From: Eledone cirrhosa
Taxonomy: Eukaryota
DNA length: 64,000 nt
Direction: 5' to 3'
NCBI GenBank assembly: GCA_964016885.1
Contig: OZ024744.1
Coordinates: 132,184,001 to 132,248,000, forward strand
Below the pieces are notes generated by a model that saw nothing but the letters and a program-made list of their open reading frames with translations, searched no databases and was not told the DNA's origin. Numbering within the stretch: the first letter of the stretch is position 1; each line of letters opens with the position of its first letter. Made by a program: the position numbers and the translations under genes. Positions 1-10,314 of this stretch are shown in pieces.

Positions 1-3000
1 AAGTTGAGGTTATGTTAAGTTGGGGTTAATTTAAGTCGGGGTTAAGTTAAGTTGGGGTTAAGTTAAGTTGGGGTTAATTTAAGTTGGGGTTAAGTTCAGT
101 TGGGGTTAATTTAAGTTGGGGTTAAGTTAAGTTGGGTTTAAGTTAAGTTGGGGTTAAATTAAGTTGGGGTTAAATTAAGTTGGGGTTAAGTTAAGTTGGG
201 GTTAGGTTAAGTTGGGGATAAGTTAAGTTGGGGATAAGCTAAGTTGGGGTTAAGTTAAATTGGGTTTAAGTTAAGTTGGGGTTAAGTTAAGTCGGGGTTA
301 TGTTAAGTCGGTGTTAAGTTAAGTTAGGGTTAAGTTAAGTTGGGGTTAAGTTAAGTTGGGGTTGAGTTAAGTTGGGGTTGAGTTAAATTGGGGTTGAGTT
401 AAGTTGGGGTTAAGTTAAGTTGGGGTTAAGTTAAGTTGGGGTTGAGTTAAGTTGGGGTTACTTAAGTTGGGGCTAAGTTAAGTTGGGGCTGAGTTAAGTT
501 GGGTGTACGTTAAGTTGGGGTTGACTGAAGTTGGGGTTAAGTTAAGTTGGGGTTAAGTTAAGTTAGGGTTAATTTAAGTTGGGTTTATGTTAAGTTGGGG
601 TTAAGTTAAGTTGGGGTTAAGTAGAGTTGGGGTTAATTTAAGTTGGGGTTAAGTTAAGTTGGTGTTAAGTTGGGGGTAATTTAAGTGGTGGTTATGTTAA
701 GTTGGGGTTAAGTTAAGTTGGGGTTAATTTAAATTGGGGTTAAGTTAAATTTGTGGTTAAGTTAAGTTGGAGTTAAGTTAAGTTGGAGTTAAGTTAAGTT
801 GGGGTTGAGTGAAGTTGGGGTTAAGTTAAGTTGGGGTTACCTTAAGTTGGGTTTGAGTTAAGTTGCGGTTAAGTTAAGTTGGGGTTAAGTTAAGTTGGGG
901 TTAAGTTAAGTCGGGGTTAATTTAAGTTGGGGTTAAGTTAAGTTGGGGTTAATTTAAGTTGGGGTTAAGTTAAGTTTAGGTTAAGTTAAATTGGGGTTAA
1001 ATTAAGTTGGGGTTAAGTTAAGTTGGGGTTAAGTTAAGTTGGGGTTAGGTTAAGTTGGGGATAAGTTAAGTTGGGGATAAGTTAAGTTGGGGTTAAGTTA
1101 AGTTGGGTTTAAGTTAAGTTGGGGTTAAGTTAAGTTGGGGTTTAATTAAGTTGGGGTTGAGTTAAGTTGGGGTTGACTTAAGTTGGGCTTAAGTTAAGTT
1201 GGGGTTAAGTTAAGATGTGGTTAAGTTAAGTTGGGGTTAAGTTAAGTTGGGGTTAAATTAAGTTGGGGTTAAGTTAAGTTGGGGGTAAGGTAAGTTGGTG
1301 GTTAGTTAAGTTGGGGGTAAGTTAAGATGGGGCTAAGTTAAGTTGGGGTTATGTTAAGTTGGGTTTAAGTTAAGTTGGGGTTAAGTTAAGTTGGGGTTAA
1401 GTTAAGTTGGGGTTAAGTTAAGTTGGGGTTAAGTTAAGTTGGGGTTAAGTTAAGTTGGGGTTAATTTAAGTTGGGGTTAAATTAAGTTGGGGTTAATTTA
1501 AGTTGGGGGTTAAGATAAGTTGGGGTTAAGTTAAGTTGGGGTTAAATTAAGTTGGGGTTAAGTTAAGTTGGGGTTAATTTAAGTTGGGGTTAAGTTAAGT
1601 TGGGGTTGAGTTAAGTTGGGGGTAAGTTAAGTTGGGGGTAAGTTAAGTTGGGTGTAAGTTAAGATGGGGTTAATTTAAGTTGGGGTTAAGTTATTTTGGG
1701 GTTAAGTTAAGTTGGGAGTAAGTTAAGTTGGTGATAAGTTAAGTTGGGGGTAAGTTAAGTTGGGGTTAAGTTAAGTTGGGTTAAGTTGGGGTTAAGTTAA
1801 GTTAGGGTTAAGTTAAGTTGGGGTTGAGTTAAGTTGGGGTTAAGTTAAGAGGTGGTTATGTTCAGTTGGGGTTAAGTTAAGTTGGGGTTAAGTTAAGTTG
1901 GGGTTAAGTTAAGTTGGGGTTAAGATAAGTTGGGGTTAAGTTAAGTTGGGGTTGAGTTAAGTTGGGGTTGAGTTAATTTGGGGTTAAGTTAAGTTGGGGT
2001 TAACTTAATTTGGGTTTAATTTAAGTTGGGGTTAAGTTAAGTTGGGGTTAAATTAAGTTGGGATTAAGTTAAGTTGGGTGTACGTTAAGTTGGGGTTGAC
2101 TGAAGTTGGGGTTAAGTTAAGTTGGGGTTAAGTAGAGTTGGGATTAATTTAAGTTGGGGTTAAGTTGGGGTTAAGTTAAGTTGGGGTTAAGTTGGGGTTA
2201 AGTTAAGTGGTGGTTATGTTAAGTTGGGGTTAAGTTAAGTTGGGGTTAATTTAAATTGGGGTTAAGTTAACTTTGTGGTTAAGTTAAGTTGGAGTTAAGT
2301 TAAGTTGGGGTTAAGTTAAGTTGGGGTTGAGTGAAGTTGGGGTTAATTTAAGTTGGGGTTCAGTTAAGTTGGGGTTAAGTTAAGTTGGGGTTGAGTTAAG
2401 TTGGGGTTAATTTAAGTTGAGGTTATTTTAAGTTGGGGTTAAGTTAAGTTGGGGTTAAGTTGGGTTTAAGTTAAGTTGGGGTTAAATTAAGTTGGGGTTA
2501 AATTAAAGTGGGGTTAAGTTAAGTTGGGGGTAAGTTAAGTTGGGGGCAAGTTAAGTTGGTGTTAAGTTAAGTTGGGGTTAAGTTAAGTTGGGGTTAAGTT
2601 AAGTTGGGTTAAATTAAGTTGGGACTAAGTTAAGTTAGGGCTAAGTTCAGTTGGGGTAAAGTTAAGTTGGGGCTAAGTTAAGTTGGGTATAAGTTGAGTT
2701 GGGGTTAAGTTAAGTTGGGGTTAAGTTAAGTTGGGGTTAAATTAAGTTGGGGTTAATTAAGTTGGGGTTAAGTTAAGTTGGGGTTAAGTTAAGTTGGGGT
2801 TAATTTAAGTTGGGGTTGTGTTAATTTGGGGTTAAGTTAAGTTGGGGTTATATTAAGTTGGGTTTAAGTTAAGTTGGGGTTAAGTTAAGTTGGGGTTAAG
2901 TTAAGTTAGGGTTAATTTAAGTTGGGGTTATGTTAAGTTGGGGTTAAGTTAAGTTGGGGTTAAGTAGAGTTGGGGTTAATTTAAGTTGGGGTTAAGTTAA

Positions 3001-4635
3001 GTTGGTGTTAAGTTGGGGTTAAGTTAAGTTGGGGTTAAGTTGGGGTTAAGTTGAGTGGTGGTTATGTTAAGATGGGGTTAAGTTAAGTTGGGGTTAATTT
3101 AAATTGGGGTTAAGTTAACTTTGTGGTTAAGTTAAGTTGGAGTTAAGTTAAGTTGGGGTTAAGTTAAGTTGGGGTTGAGTGAAGTTGGGGTTAAGTTAAG
3201 TTGGGGTTAACTTAAGTTGGTGTTAAGTTAAGTTGGGGTTAAATTAAGTTGGGGTTAAATTAAGGTGGGGTTAAGTTAAGTTGGGGGTAAGTTAAGTTGG
3301 GGGCAAGTTAAGTTGGTGTTAAGTTAAGTTGGGGTTAAGTTAAGTTGGGGTTAAGTTAAGTTGGGTTTAAGTTAAGTTGGGACTAAGTTAAGTTAGGGCT
3401 AAGTTAAGTTGGGGTTAAGTTAAGTTGGGGCTAAGTTAAGTTGGGTCTAAGTTGAGTTGGGGTTAAGTTAAGTTGGGGTTAAGTTAAGTTGGGGTTAAAT
3501 TAAGTTGGGGGTAATTAAGTTGGGGTTAAGTTAAGTTGGGGTTAAGTTAAGTTGGGGTTAATTTAAGTTGGGGTTGTGTTAAGTTGGGGTTAAGTTAAGT
3601 TGGGGATAAGTTAAGTTGGGGTTAAGTTAAGTTGGGGGTAAGTTAAGTTGGTGGTAAGTTAAGTTGGGGTTAAGTTAAGTTGGGGTTAATTTAAATTGGG
3701 GTTAATTTAACTTTGTGGTTAAGTTAAGTTGGGGTTTATTTAAGTTGGGTTTAAGTTAAGTTGGGGTTGAGTTAAGTTGGGGTTGAGTGAAGTTGGGGTT
3801 AAGTTAAGTCGGGGTTAATTTAAGTTGGGGTTGAGTTAAGTCGGGGTTAATTTAAGTTGGGGCTAAGTTAATTTGTGGTTAAGTTAAGTTGGGGTTAAGT
3901 TAAGTTGGGGTTAAGTTAAGTTGGGGGTAAGTTAAGTTGGGGGCAAGTTAAGTTGGGGTTAAGTTAAGTTGCGGTTAAGTTAAGTTGGGGTTAAGTTAAG
4001 TTGGGTTTAAGTTAAGTTGGGGTTCAGTTAAGTTGGGGTTAATTTAAGTTGGGGTTAAGTTAAGTTGGGGTTGAGTTAAGTTGGGGTTTAATTAAGTTGG
4101 GGTTGAGTTAAGTTGGGGTTGAGTTAAGTGGGGGTTGAGTTAAGTTGGGGTTAAGCTAAGTTGGGGTTAAGTTAAATTGAGGTTAAGTTAACTTGGGTTT
4201 GAGTTAAGTTGGGGTTAAGTTAAGTTGGTGTTAAGTTCAGTTCAGGTTAAGTTAACTTGGGGTTAAGTTAAGTTGGGGTTGAGTTAAGTTGGGGTTGAGT
4301 TAAGTTGGGGTTAAGTTAAGTTGGGGTTAACTTAAGTTGGGGTTAAGTTAAGTTGGGGTTAATTTAAGTTGGGGTTAAGTTAAATTGAGGTTAAGTTAAC
4401 TTGGGTTTGAGTTAAGTTGGGGTTAAGTTAAGTTGGTGTTAAGTTCAGTTCAGGTTAAGTTAACTTGGGGTTAAGTTAAGTTGGGGTTGAGTTAAGTTGG
4501 GGTTGAGTTAAGTTGGGGTTAAGTTAAGTTGGGGTTAACTTAAGTTGGGGTTAAGTTAAGTTGGGGTTAATTTAAGTTGGGGTTCAGTTAAATTGAGGTT
4601 AAGATAACTTGGGTTTGCGTTAAGATGGGGTTAAG

Positions 4636-6254
4636 TTAGGTTTTTCGAAAACCTTATATAATCATTTTTATTTAGGTTCTTCGAAACACCTTATATAATC
4701 AATTTTTTTAGGTTTTTCGAAAAACCTTATATAATCAATTTTTTAATACTTTTAGAAATATTTATATATGATTTCAAATATTGATTTTATTAGGTTTTTG
4801 GAATAATCAATTTTTTTTACGTTTTTCGAAAAATGTTATATAATCAATTTTTTTTAGGTTTTTCGAATCAATTCAATTTTTATAATCAAATATTTTTAGG
4901 TTTTTAGAAAAACCTTATATAATCAAATTTTTTTAGGTTTTTCGAAAAACCTTATATAATTAATTTTTTTATACTTTTAGAAATATTTATATCTGATTTC
5001 AAATATTGGATTTTTTAGGTTTTTCGATAATCAATTTTTTTTAGATTTTTCGAAAAATCTTATATAATCAATTTTTTTACGTTTTTAGAAAGACCTTATA
5101 TAATCAATTTTTTTATACTTTTAGAAATATTTATATCTGATTTCAAATATTGATTTTTTTTTTAGGTTTTTCGAAATACCTTATATAATCAATTTTTTTT
5201 AGGTTTTTCAAATTACTTTATATAATCAATTTTTTTTATCTGATTTCAAATATTGATTTTTTTAGCTTTTTCGACAAAATCTTATATAATCATTTTTTTT
5301 TAGGTTTTTCGAAAAAGAATGAATTTGAGTTCATAGTCGAAATATATACTTCTGCATTAATCTTTTTACGTTTTTTTGATTTTTTTTAAAAAAACGTAAA
5401 AAATTAATGCTTTTACAAATCTTTTGAAATATTTACTTTCTAGTTTCAAATTTTGCAGATTAAATTTTTCTCGAAAAACCTAAAAAATCAGTTGTCGAAA
5501 TCAGAAGTTAATATTTCGAAAAACGCAATTTGAAAAACTCATATTAATTTTTTTTCGAAAACATTATATAATCAATTTTTTAGAAATATTTATATCTGAT
5601 TTCAAATATTGATTTTTTTAGGTTTTTCGAAAACCCTATATAATCAATTTTTTTGTACTTTTAGAAATATCTATATCTGATTTCATGTATTGATTTTTTT
5701 ATATTTTTCGAAAAAGCTTAGATAATCAATTTTTTTAGGTCTTTCGAAAACATTATATAATCAATTTTTTTTTAGGTTTTTCGAAAAAACCTTATATAAT
5801 CAATTTTTTTTAGGTTTTTCAAATATTGATTTTTTTAGCTTTTTCGACAAAATCTTATATAATCAATTTTTTTTAGGTTTTTCGAAAAAGAATGAATTTG
5901 AGTTCATAGTCGAAATATATACTTCTGCATTAATCTTTTTACGTTTTTTTGATTTTTTTTAAAAAAACGTAAAAAATTAATGCTTTTACAAATCTTTTGA
6001 AATATTTACTTTCTAGTTTCAAATTTTGCAGGTTAAATTTTTCTCGAAAAACCTAAAAAATCAGTTGTCGAAATCAGAAGTTAATATTTCGTAAAACGCA
6101 ATTTGAAAAACTCATATTAATTTTTTTTCGAAAACTTATTATATAATCAATTTTTTTATACTTTTAGAAATATTTATATCTGATTTCAAATATTGATTTT
6201 TTTAGGTTTTTCGAAAACCCTATATAATCAATTTTTTTTAGGTTTTTCAAAAAA
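4636..6254. repeat. AT-rich island, long class (1619 bp): palindromic subrepeats plus two fold-back cores
   Basis: Starts TTAGGTTTTTCGAAAACC and ends GGTTTTTCAAAAAA. Cores at 5306-5561 and 5879-6134 (573 bp apart). Extra 225-bp block at 4736-4960. Confidence 0.95.
5306..5561. repeat. Fold-back core of the island (nested imperfect inverted repeats; 11 copies in the window)
   Basis: 5306-5331 vs reverse complement of 5536-5561: 23/26. 5338-5354 vs reverse complement of 5502-5518: 15/17. Internal hairpin at 5354-5410. Confidence 0.85.
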
Positions 6255-6917
6255 GTTACGTTGGGGTTAAGTTAAGTTGGGGTTAAGTTGAGGTTAAGTT
6301 AAGTTGTGGTTAAGTTAAGTTGGGGCTAAGTTAAGTTGGGGCTAAGTTAAGTTGGGGTTAAGTTAAGTTGGGGTTAATTTAAGTTGGGGTTAGGTTAAGT
6401 TGGGGATAAGTTAAGTTGGGGATAAGTTAAGTTGGGGTTAAGTTAAGTTGGGTTTAAGTTAAGCTGGGGTTAAGTTAAGTTGGGGTTAAATTAAGTTGGG
6501 GTTAAGTTAAGTTTGGGTTAGGTTAAGTTGGGGATAAGTTAAGTTGGGGATAAGTTAAGTTGGGGTTAAGTTAAGTTGGGTTTAAGTTAAGTTGGGGTTA
6601 AGTTAAGTTGGGGTTAAGTTAAGTTGGGGTTAAGTTAAGTTGCGGTTAGTTAAGTTGAGTTTAAGTTAAGTTGGGGTTAATTTAAGTTGGGGTTAAGTTA
6701 AGTTGGGGTTCAGTTAAGTTGGGGTTAAGTCAAGTTGGGGTTAAGTTAAGTTGGGGTTAAGTTAAGTTGGGGTTAGGTTAAGTTGGGGATAATTTAAGTT
6801 GGGGATAAGCTAAGTTGGGGTTAAGTTAAGTTGGGGTTAAGTTAAGCTGGGGTTAAATTAAGTTGGGGTTATGTTAAGTTGGGGTTAAGTTAAGTTGGGG
6901 TTAGTTTAAGTGGGGTT

Positions 6918-7262
6918 AACCCCAACTTAACTTAACCCCAACTTAACTTAACCCCAACTTCACTCAACCCCAACTTAAATTAACCCCAACTTCACTCAAC
7001 CCCAACTTAACTCAACCCCAACTTAAATTAACCCCAACTTAACTTAACCCTGACTTAACTTAACCCCGACTTAACTTAACCCCGACTTAACTTAACCCCA
7101 ACTTAACTTAAACCCCAACTTAACTTAACCCCAACTTAACTTAACCCCAACTTGACTTAACCCCAACTTAACTCACACCCAACTTAACTTACCCCCAACT
7201 TAACTTAACCACAACTTGACGTAAACCCAACTTAACTTAACCCCAACTTAACTTAACCCCAA
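6918..7262 (-). repeat. Inverted satellite block, type A (345 bp)
   Basis: (AACCCCAACTTAACTT)n. Left junction GGGGTTAACCCC, right junction CCCCAAAGTCGGAG. Marker CCACAACTTGACGTAAACCC. Confidence 0.95.
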
Positions 7263-7921
7263 AGTCGGAGTTCAGTTAAGTTGGGGTTCAGTTAAGTTAG
7301 GCTTAACTTAAGTTGGGGTTAAGTTAAGTTGGGGGTAAGTTAAGTTGGGGGTAAGTTAAGTTGGGGTTAAGTTAAGTTGGGGTTAAGTTGGGGTTAAGTT
7401 AAGTTAGGGTTAAGTTAAGTTGGGGTTGAGTTAAGTTGGGGTTAAGTTAAGTGGTGGTTATGTTAAGTTGGGGTTAAGTTAAGTTGGGGTTAAATTAAGT
7501 GGGGTTAACTTAAGTTGGGTGTAAGTTAAGTTGGGGTTGAGTGAAGTTGGGGTTAAGTTAAGTTGGGGTTAAGTTAAGTTAGGGTTAATTTAAGTTGGGG
7601 TTATTTTAAGTTGGTGTTAAGTTAAGTTGGGGTTAAGTCGAGTTGGGGTTAAGTTAAGTTGGGGTTAAGTTAAATTGGTGTTAAGTTAAGTTGGGGTTAA
7701 GTTAAGTTGGGGTTAGTTAAGTTGAGTTTAAGTTAAGTTGGGGTTAATTTAAGTTGGGGTTAAGTTAAGTTGGGGTTCAGTTAAGTTGGGGTTAAGTTAA
7801 GTTGGGGTTGAGTTAAGTTGTGGTTAAGTTAAGTTGGGGTTAGGTTAAGTTGGGGTTAAGTTAAGCTGGGGTTAAATTAAGTTGGGGTTAAGTTAAGTTG
7901 GGGTTAGGTTAAGTTGGGGTT

Positions 7922-8218
7922 ATCCCCAACTTAACTTAACCCCAACTTAACTTAACCCCAACTTCACTCAACCCCAACTTAACTTAACCCCAACTTCACT
8001 CAACCCCAACTTAACTCAACCCCAACTTAACTTAACCCCAACTTAACTTAACCCTAACTTAACTTAACCCCGACTTAAACTTAACCCCGACTTAACTTAA
8101 CCCCAACTTAACTTAACCCCAACTTAACTTAACCCCAACTTAACTTAATCCCAACTTGACTTAACCCCAACTTAACTCACACCCAACTTAACTTACCCCC
8201 AACTTAACTTAACCCCAA
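7922..8218 (-). repeat. Inverted satellite block, type B (~297 bp)
   Basis: Reverse-complement monomers. Marker GACTTAAACTT. Right junction CCCCAAAGTCGGAG. Confidence 0.95.
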
Positions 8219-10018
8219 AGTCGGAGTTAAGTTAAGTTGGGGTTAAGTTAAGTTAGGCTTAACTTAAGTTGGGGTTAAGTTAAGTTGGGGGTAAGTTAAG
8301 TTGGGGGTAAGTTAAGTTGGGGTTAAGTTAAGTTGGGGTTAAGATAAGTGGTGGTTATGTTAAGTTGAGGTTAAGTTAAGTTAGGGTTAAATTAAGTTGG
8401 GGTTAAGTTAAGTTGGGTGTAAGTTAAGTTGGGGTTGAGTGAAGTTGGGGTTAAGTTAAGTTGGGGTTAAGTAGAGTTGGGTTAAGTTAAGTTGGGGTTA
8501 AGTTAAGTTGGTGTTAAGTTGGGGTTAAGTTAAGTTGGGGTTAAGTTGGGGTTAAGTTAAGTGGTGGTTATGTTAAGTTGGGGTTAACTTAAGTTGGGGT
8601 TAATTTAAATTGGGGTTAAGTTAACTTTGTGGTTAAGTTAAGTTGGGGTTAAGTTAAGTTGGGGTTAAATTAAGTTGGGGTTGAGTGAAGTTGGGGTTAA
8701 GTTAAGTTGGGGTTAAGTTAAGTTGGGGTTAACTTAAGTTGGGTTTAAGTTAAGTTGCGGTTAAGTTAAGTTGGGGTTAAGTTAAGTTGGGGTTAAGTTA
8801 AGTCGGGGTTAATTTAAGTTGGAGTTGAGTTAAGTTGGGGTTAATTTAAGTTGAGGTTATGTTAAGTTGGGGTTAATTTAAGTTGGGGTTAAGTTAAGTT
8901 GGGGTTAAGTTAAGTTGGGGTTAATTTAAGTTGGGATTAAGTTCAGTTGGGTTAAATTAAGTTGGGGTTAAGTTAAGCTGGGGTTAAATTAAGTTGGGGT
9001 TAAGTTAAGTTGGGGTTAAGTTAAGTTGGGGTTAAGTTAAGTTAGGGTTAATTTAAGTTGGGGTTATGTTAAGTTGGGGTTAAGTTAAGTTGGGGTTAAG
9101 TCGAGTTGGGGTTAAGTTAAGTTGGGGTTAGTTAAGTTGAGTTTAAGTTAAGTTGGGGTTAATTTAAGTTGGGGTTAAGTTAAGTTGGGGTTCAGTTAAG
9201 TTGGGGTTAAGTTAAGTTGGGGTTAAGTTAAGTTGGTTTAAGTTAAGTTGGGGTTAGGTTAAGTTGGGGATAAGTTAAGTTGGGGATAAGCTAAGTTGGG
9301 GTTAAGTTAAGTTGGGTTTTAGTTAAGTTGGGGTTAAGTTAAGTTAGGCTTAACTTAAGTTGGGGTTAAGTTAAGTTGGGGGTAAATTAAGTTGGGGGTA
9401 AGTTAAGTTGGGGTTAAGTTAAGTTGGGGTTAAGTTAAGTGGTGGTTATGTTAAGTTGGGGTTAAGTTAAGTTGGGGTTAAATTAAGTTGGGGTTAAGTT
9501 AAGTTGGGTGTAAGTTAAGTTGGGGTTGAGTGAAGTTGGGGTTAAGTTAAGTTGGGGTTAAGTTAAGTTAGGGTTAATTTAAGTTGGGGTTATGTTAAGT
9601 TGGGGTTAAGTTAAGTTGGGGTTAAGTAGAGTTGGGGTTAAGTTAAGTTGGGGTTAAGTTAAGTTGGGGTTAAGTTAAGTCGGGGTTAAGTTAAGTTGGG
9701 GTTGAGTTAAGTTGGGGTTAATTTAAGTTGAGGTTATGTTAAGTTGGGGTTAATTTAAGTTGGGGTTAATTTAAGTTGGGGTTAAGTTAAGTTGGGGTTA
9801 AGTTGAGGTTAAGTTAAGTTGTGGTTAAGTTAAGTTGGGGCTAAGTTAAGTTGGGGCTAAGTTAAGTTGGGGCTAAGTTAAGTTGGGGTTAAGTTAAGTT
9901 GGGTTTAAGTTAAGTTGGGGTTAAGTTAAGTTGGGGTTAAATTAAGTTGGAGATAAGTTAAGCTGGGGTTAAATTAAGTTGGGGTTAAGTTAAGTTGGGG
10001 TTAGGTTAAGTTGGGGTT

Positions 10019-10314
10019 AACCCCAACTTAACTTAACCCCAACTTAACTTAGCCCCAACTTCACTCAACCCCAACTTAACTTAACCCCAACTTCACTCAA
10101 CCCCAACTTAACTCAACCCCAACTTAAGTTAACCCCAACTTAACTTAACCCTAACTTAACTTAACCCCGACTTAACTTAACCCCGACTTAACTTAACCCC
10201 AACTTAACTTAACCCCAACTTAACTTAACCCCAACTTAACTTAATCCCAACTTGACTTAACCCCAACTTAACTCACACCCAACTTAACTTACCCCCAACT
10301 TAACTTAACCCCAA
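10019..10314 (-). repeat. Inverted satellite block, type C (296 bp)
   Basis: Markers CTTAGCCCC and CTTAAGTTAACCCC. Right junction CCCCAAAATCGGAGTTACG. Confidence 0.95.

Noticed and set aside
4655-4735. TATATAA / TATAAT as promoter boxes
   Set aside because: The motif is part of the 36-bp subrepeat in AT-rich DNA, with no downstream gene or transcription evidence.
5354-5414. Rho-independent terminator (hairpin plus TTTT)
   Set aside because: The stem is AT-rich, there is no upstream gene, and the context is eukaryote-type satellite.
4636-6254. CRISPR array (~36-bp palindromic repeats)
   Set aside because: The repeats are contiguous or separated by another repeated unit, are degenerate, have no unique spacers, and there are no cas genes.
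4636-6254. Autonomous transposon or telomeric retrotransposon (piggyBac at TTAA, SART/TRAS-like)
   Set aside because: There is no ORF, no terminal inverted repeats at the island ends and no real poly(A) tail. Identical flanks show amplification with the array, not independent insertions.
6918-7262. Inverted blocks as sequencing fold-back artefacts
   Set aside because: They recur 11 times with subtype-specific variants at offsets consistent with neighbouring islands, and they do not mirror the adjacent flank's variants.
7297-7302. TTAGGC as a nematode telomere repeat
   Set aside because: It occurs only as isolated single variants of TTGGGG copied with the cassette, never in tandem.
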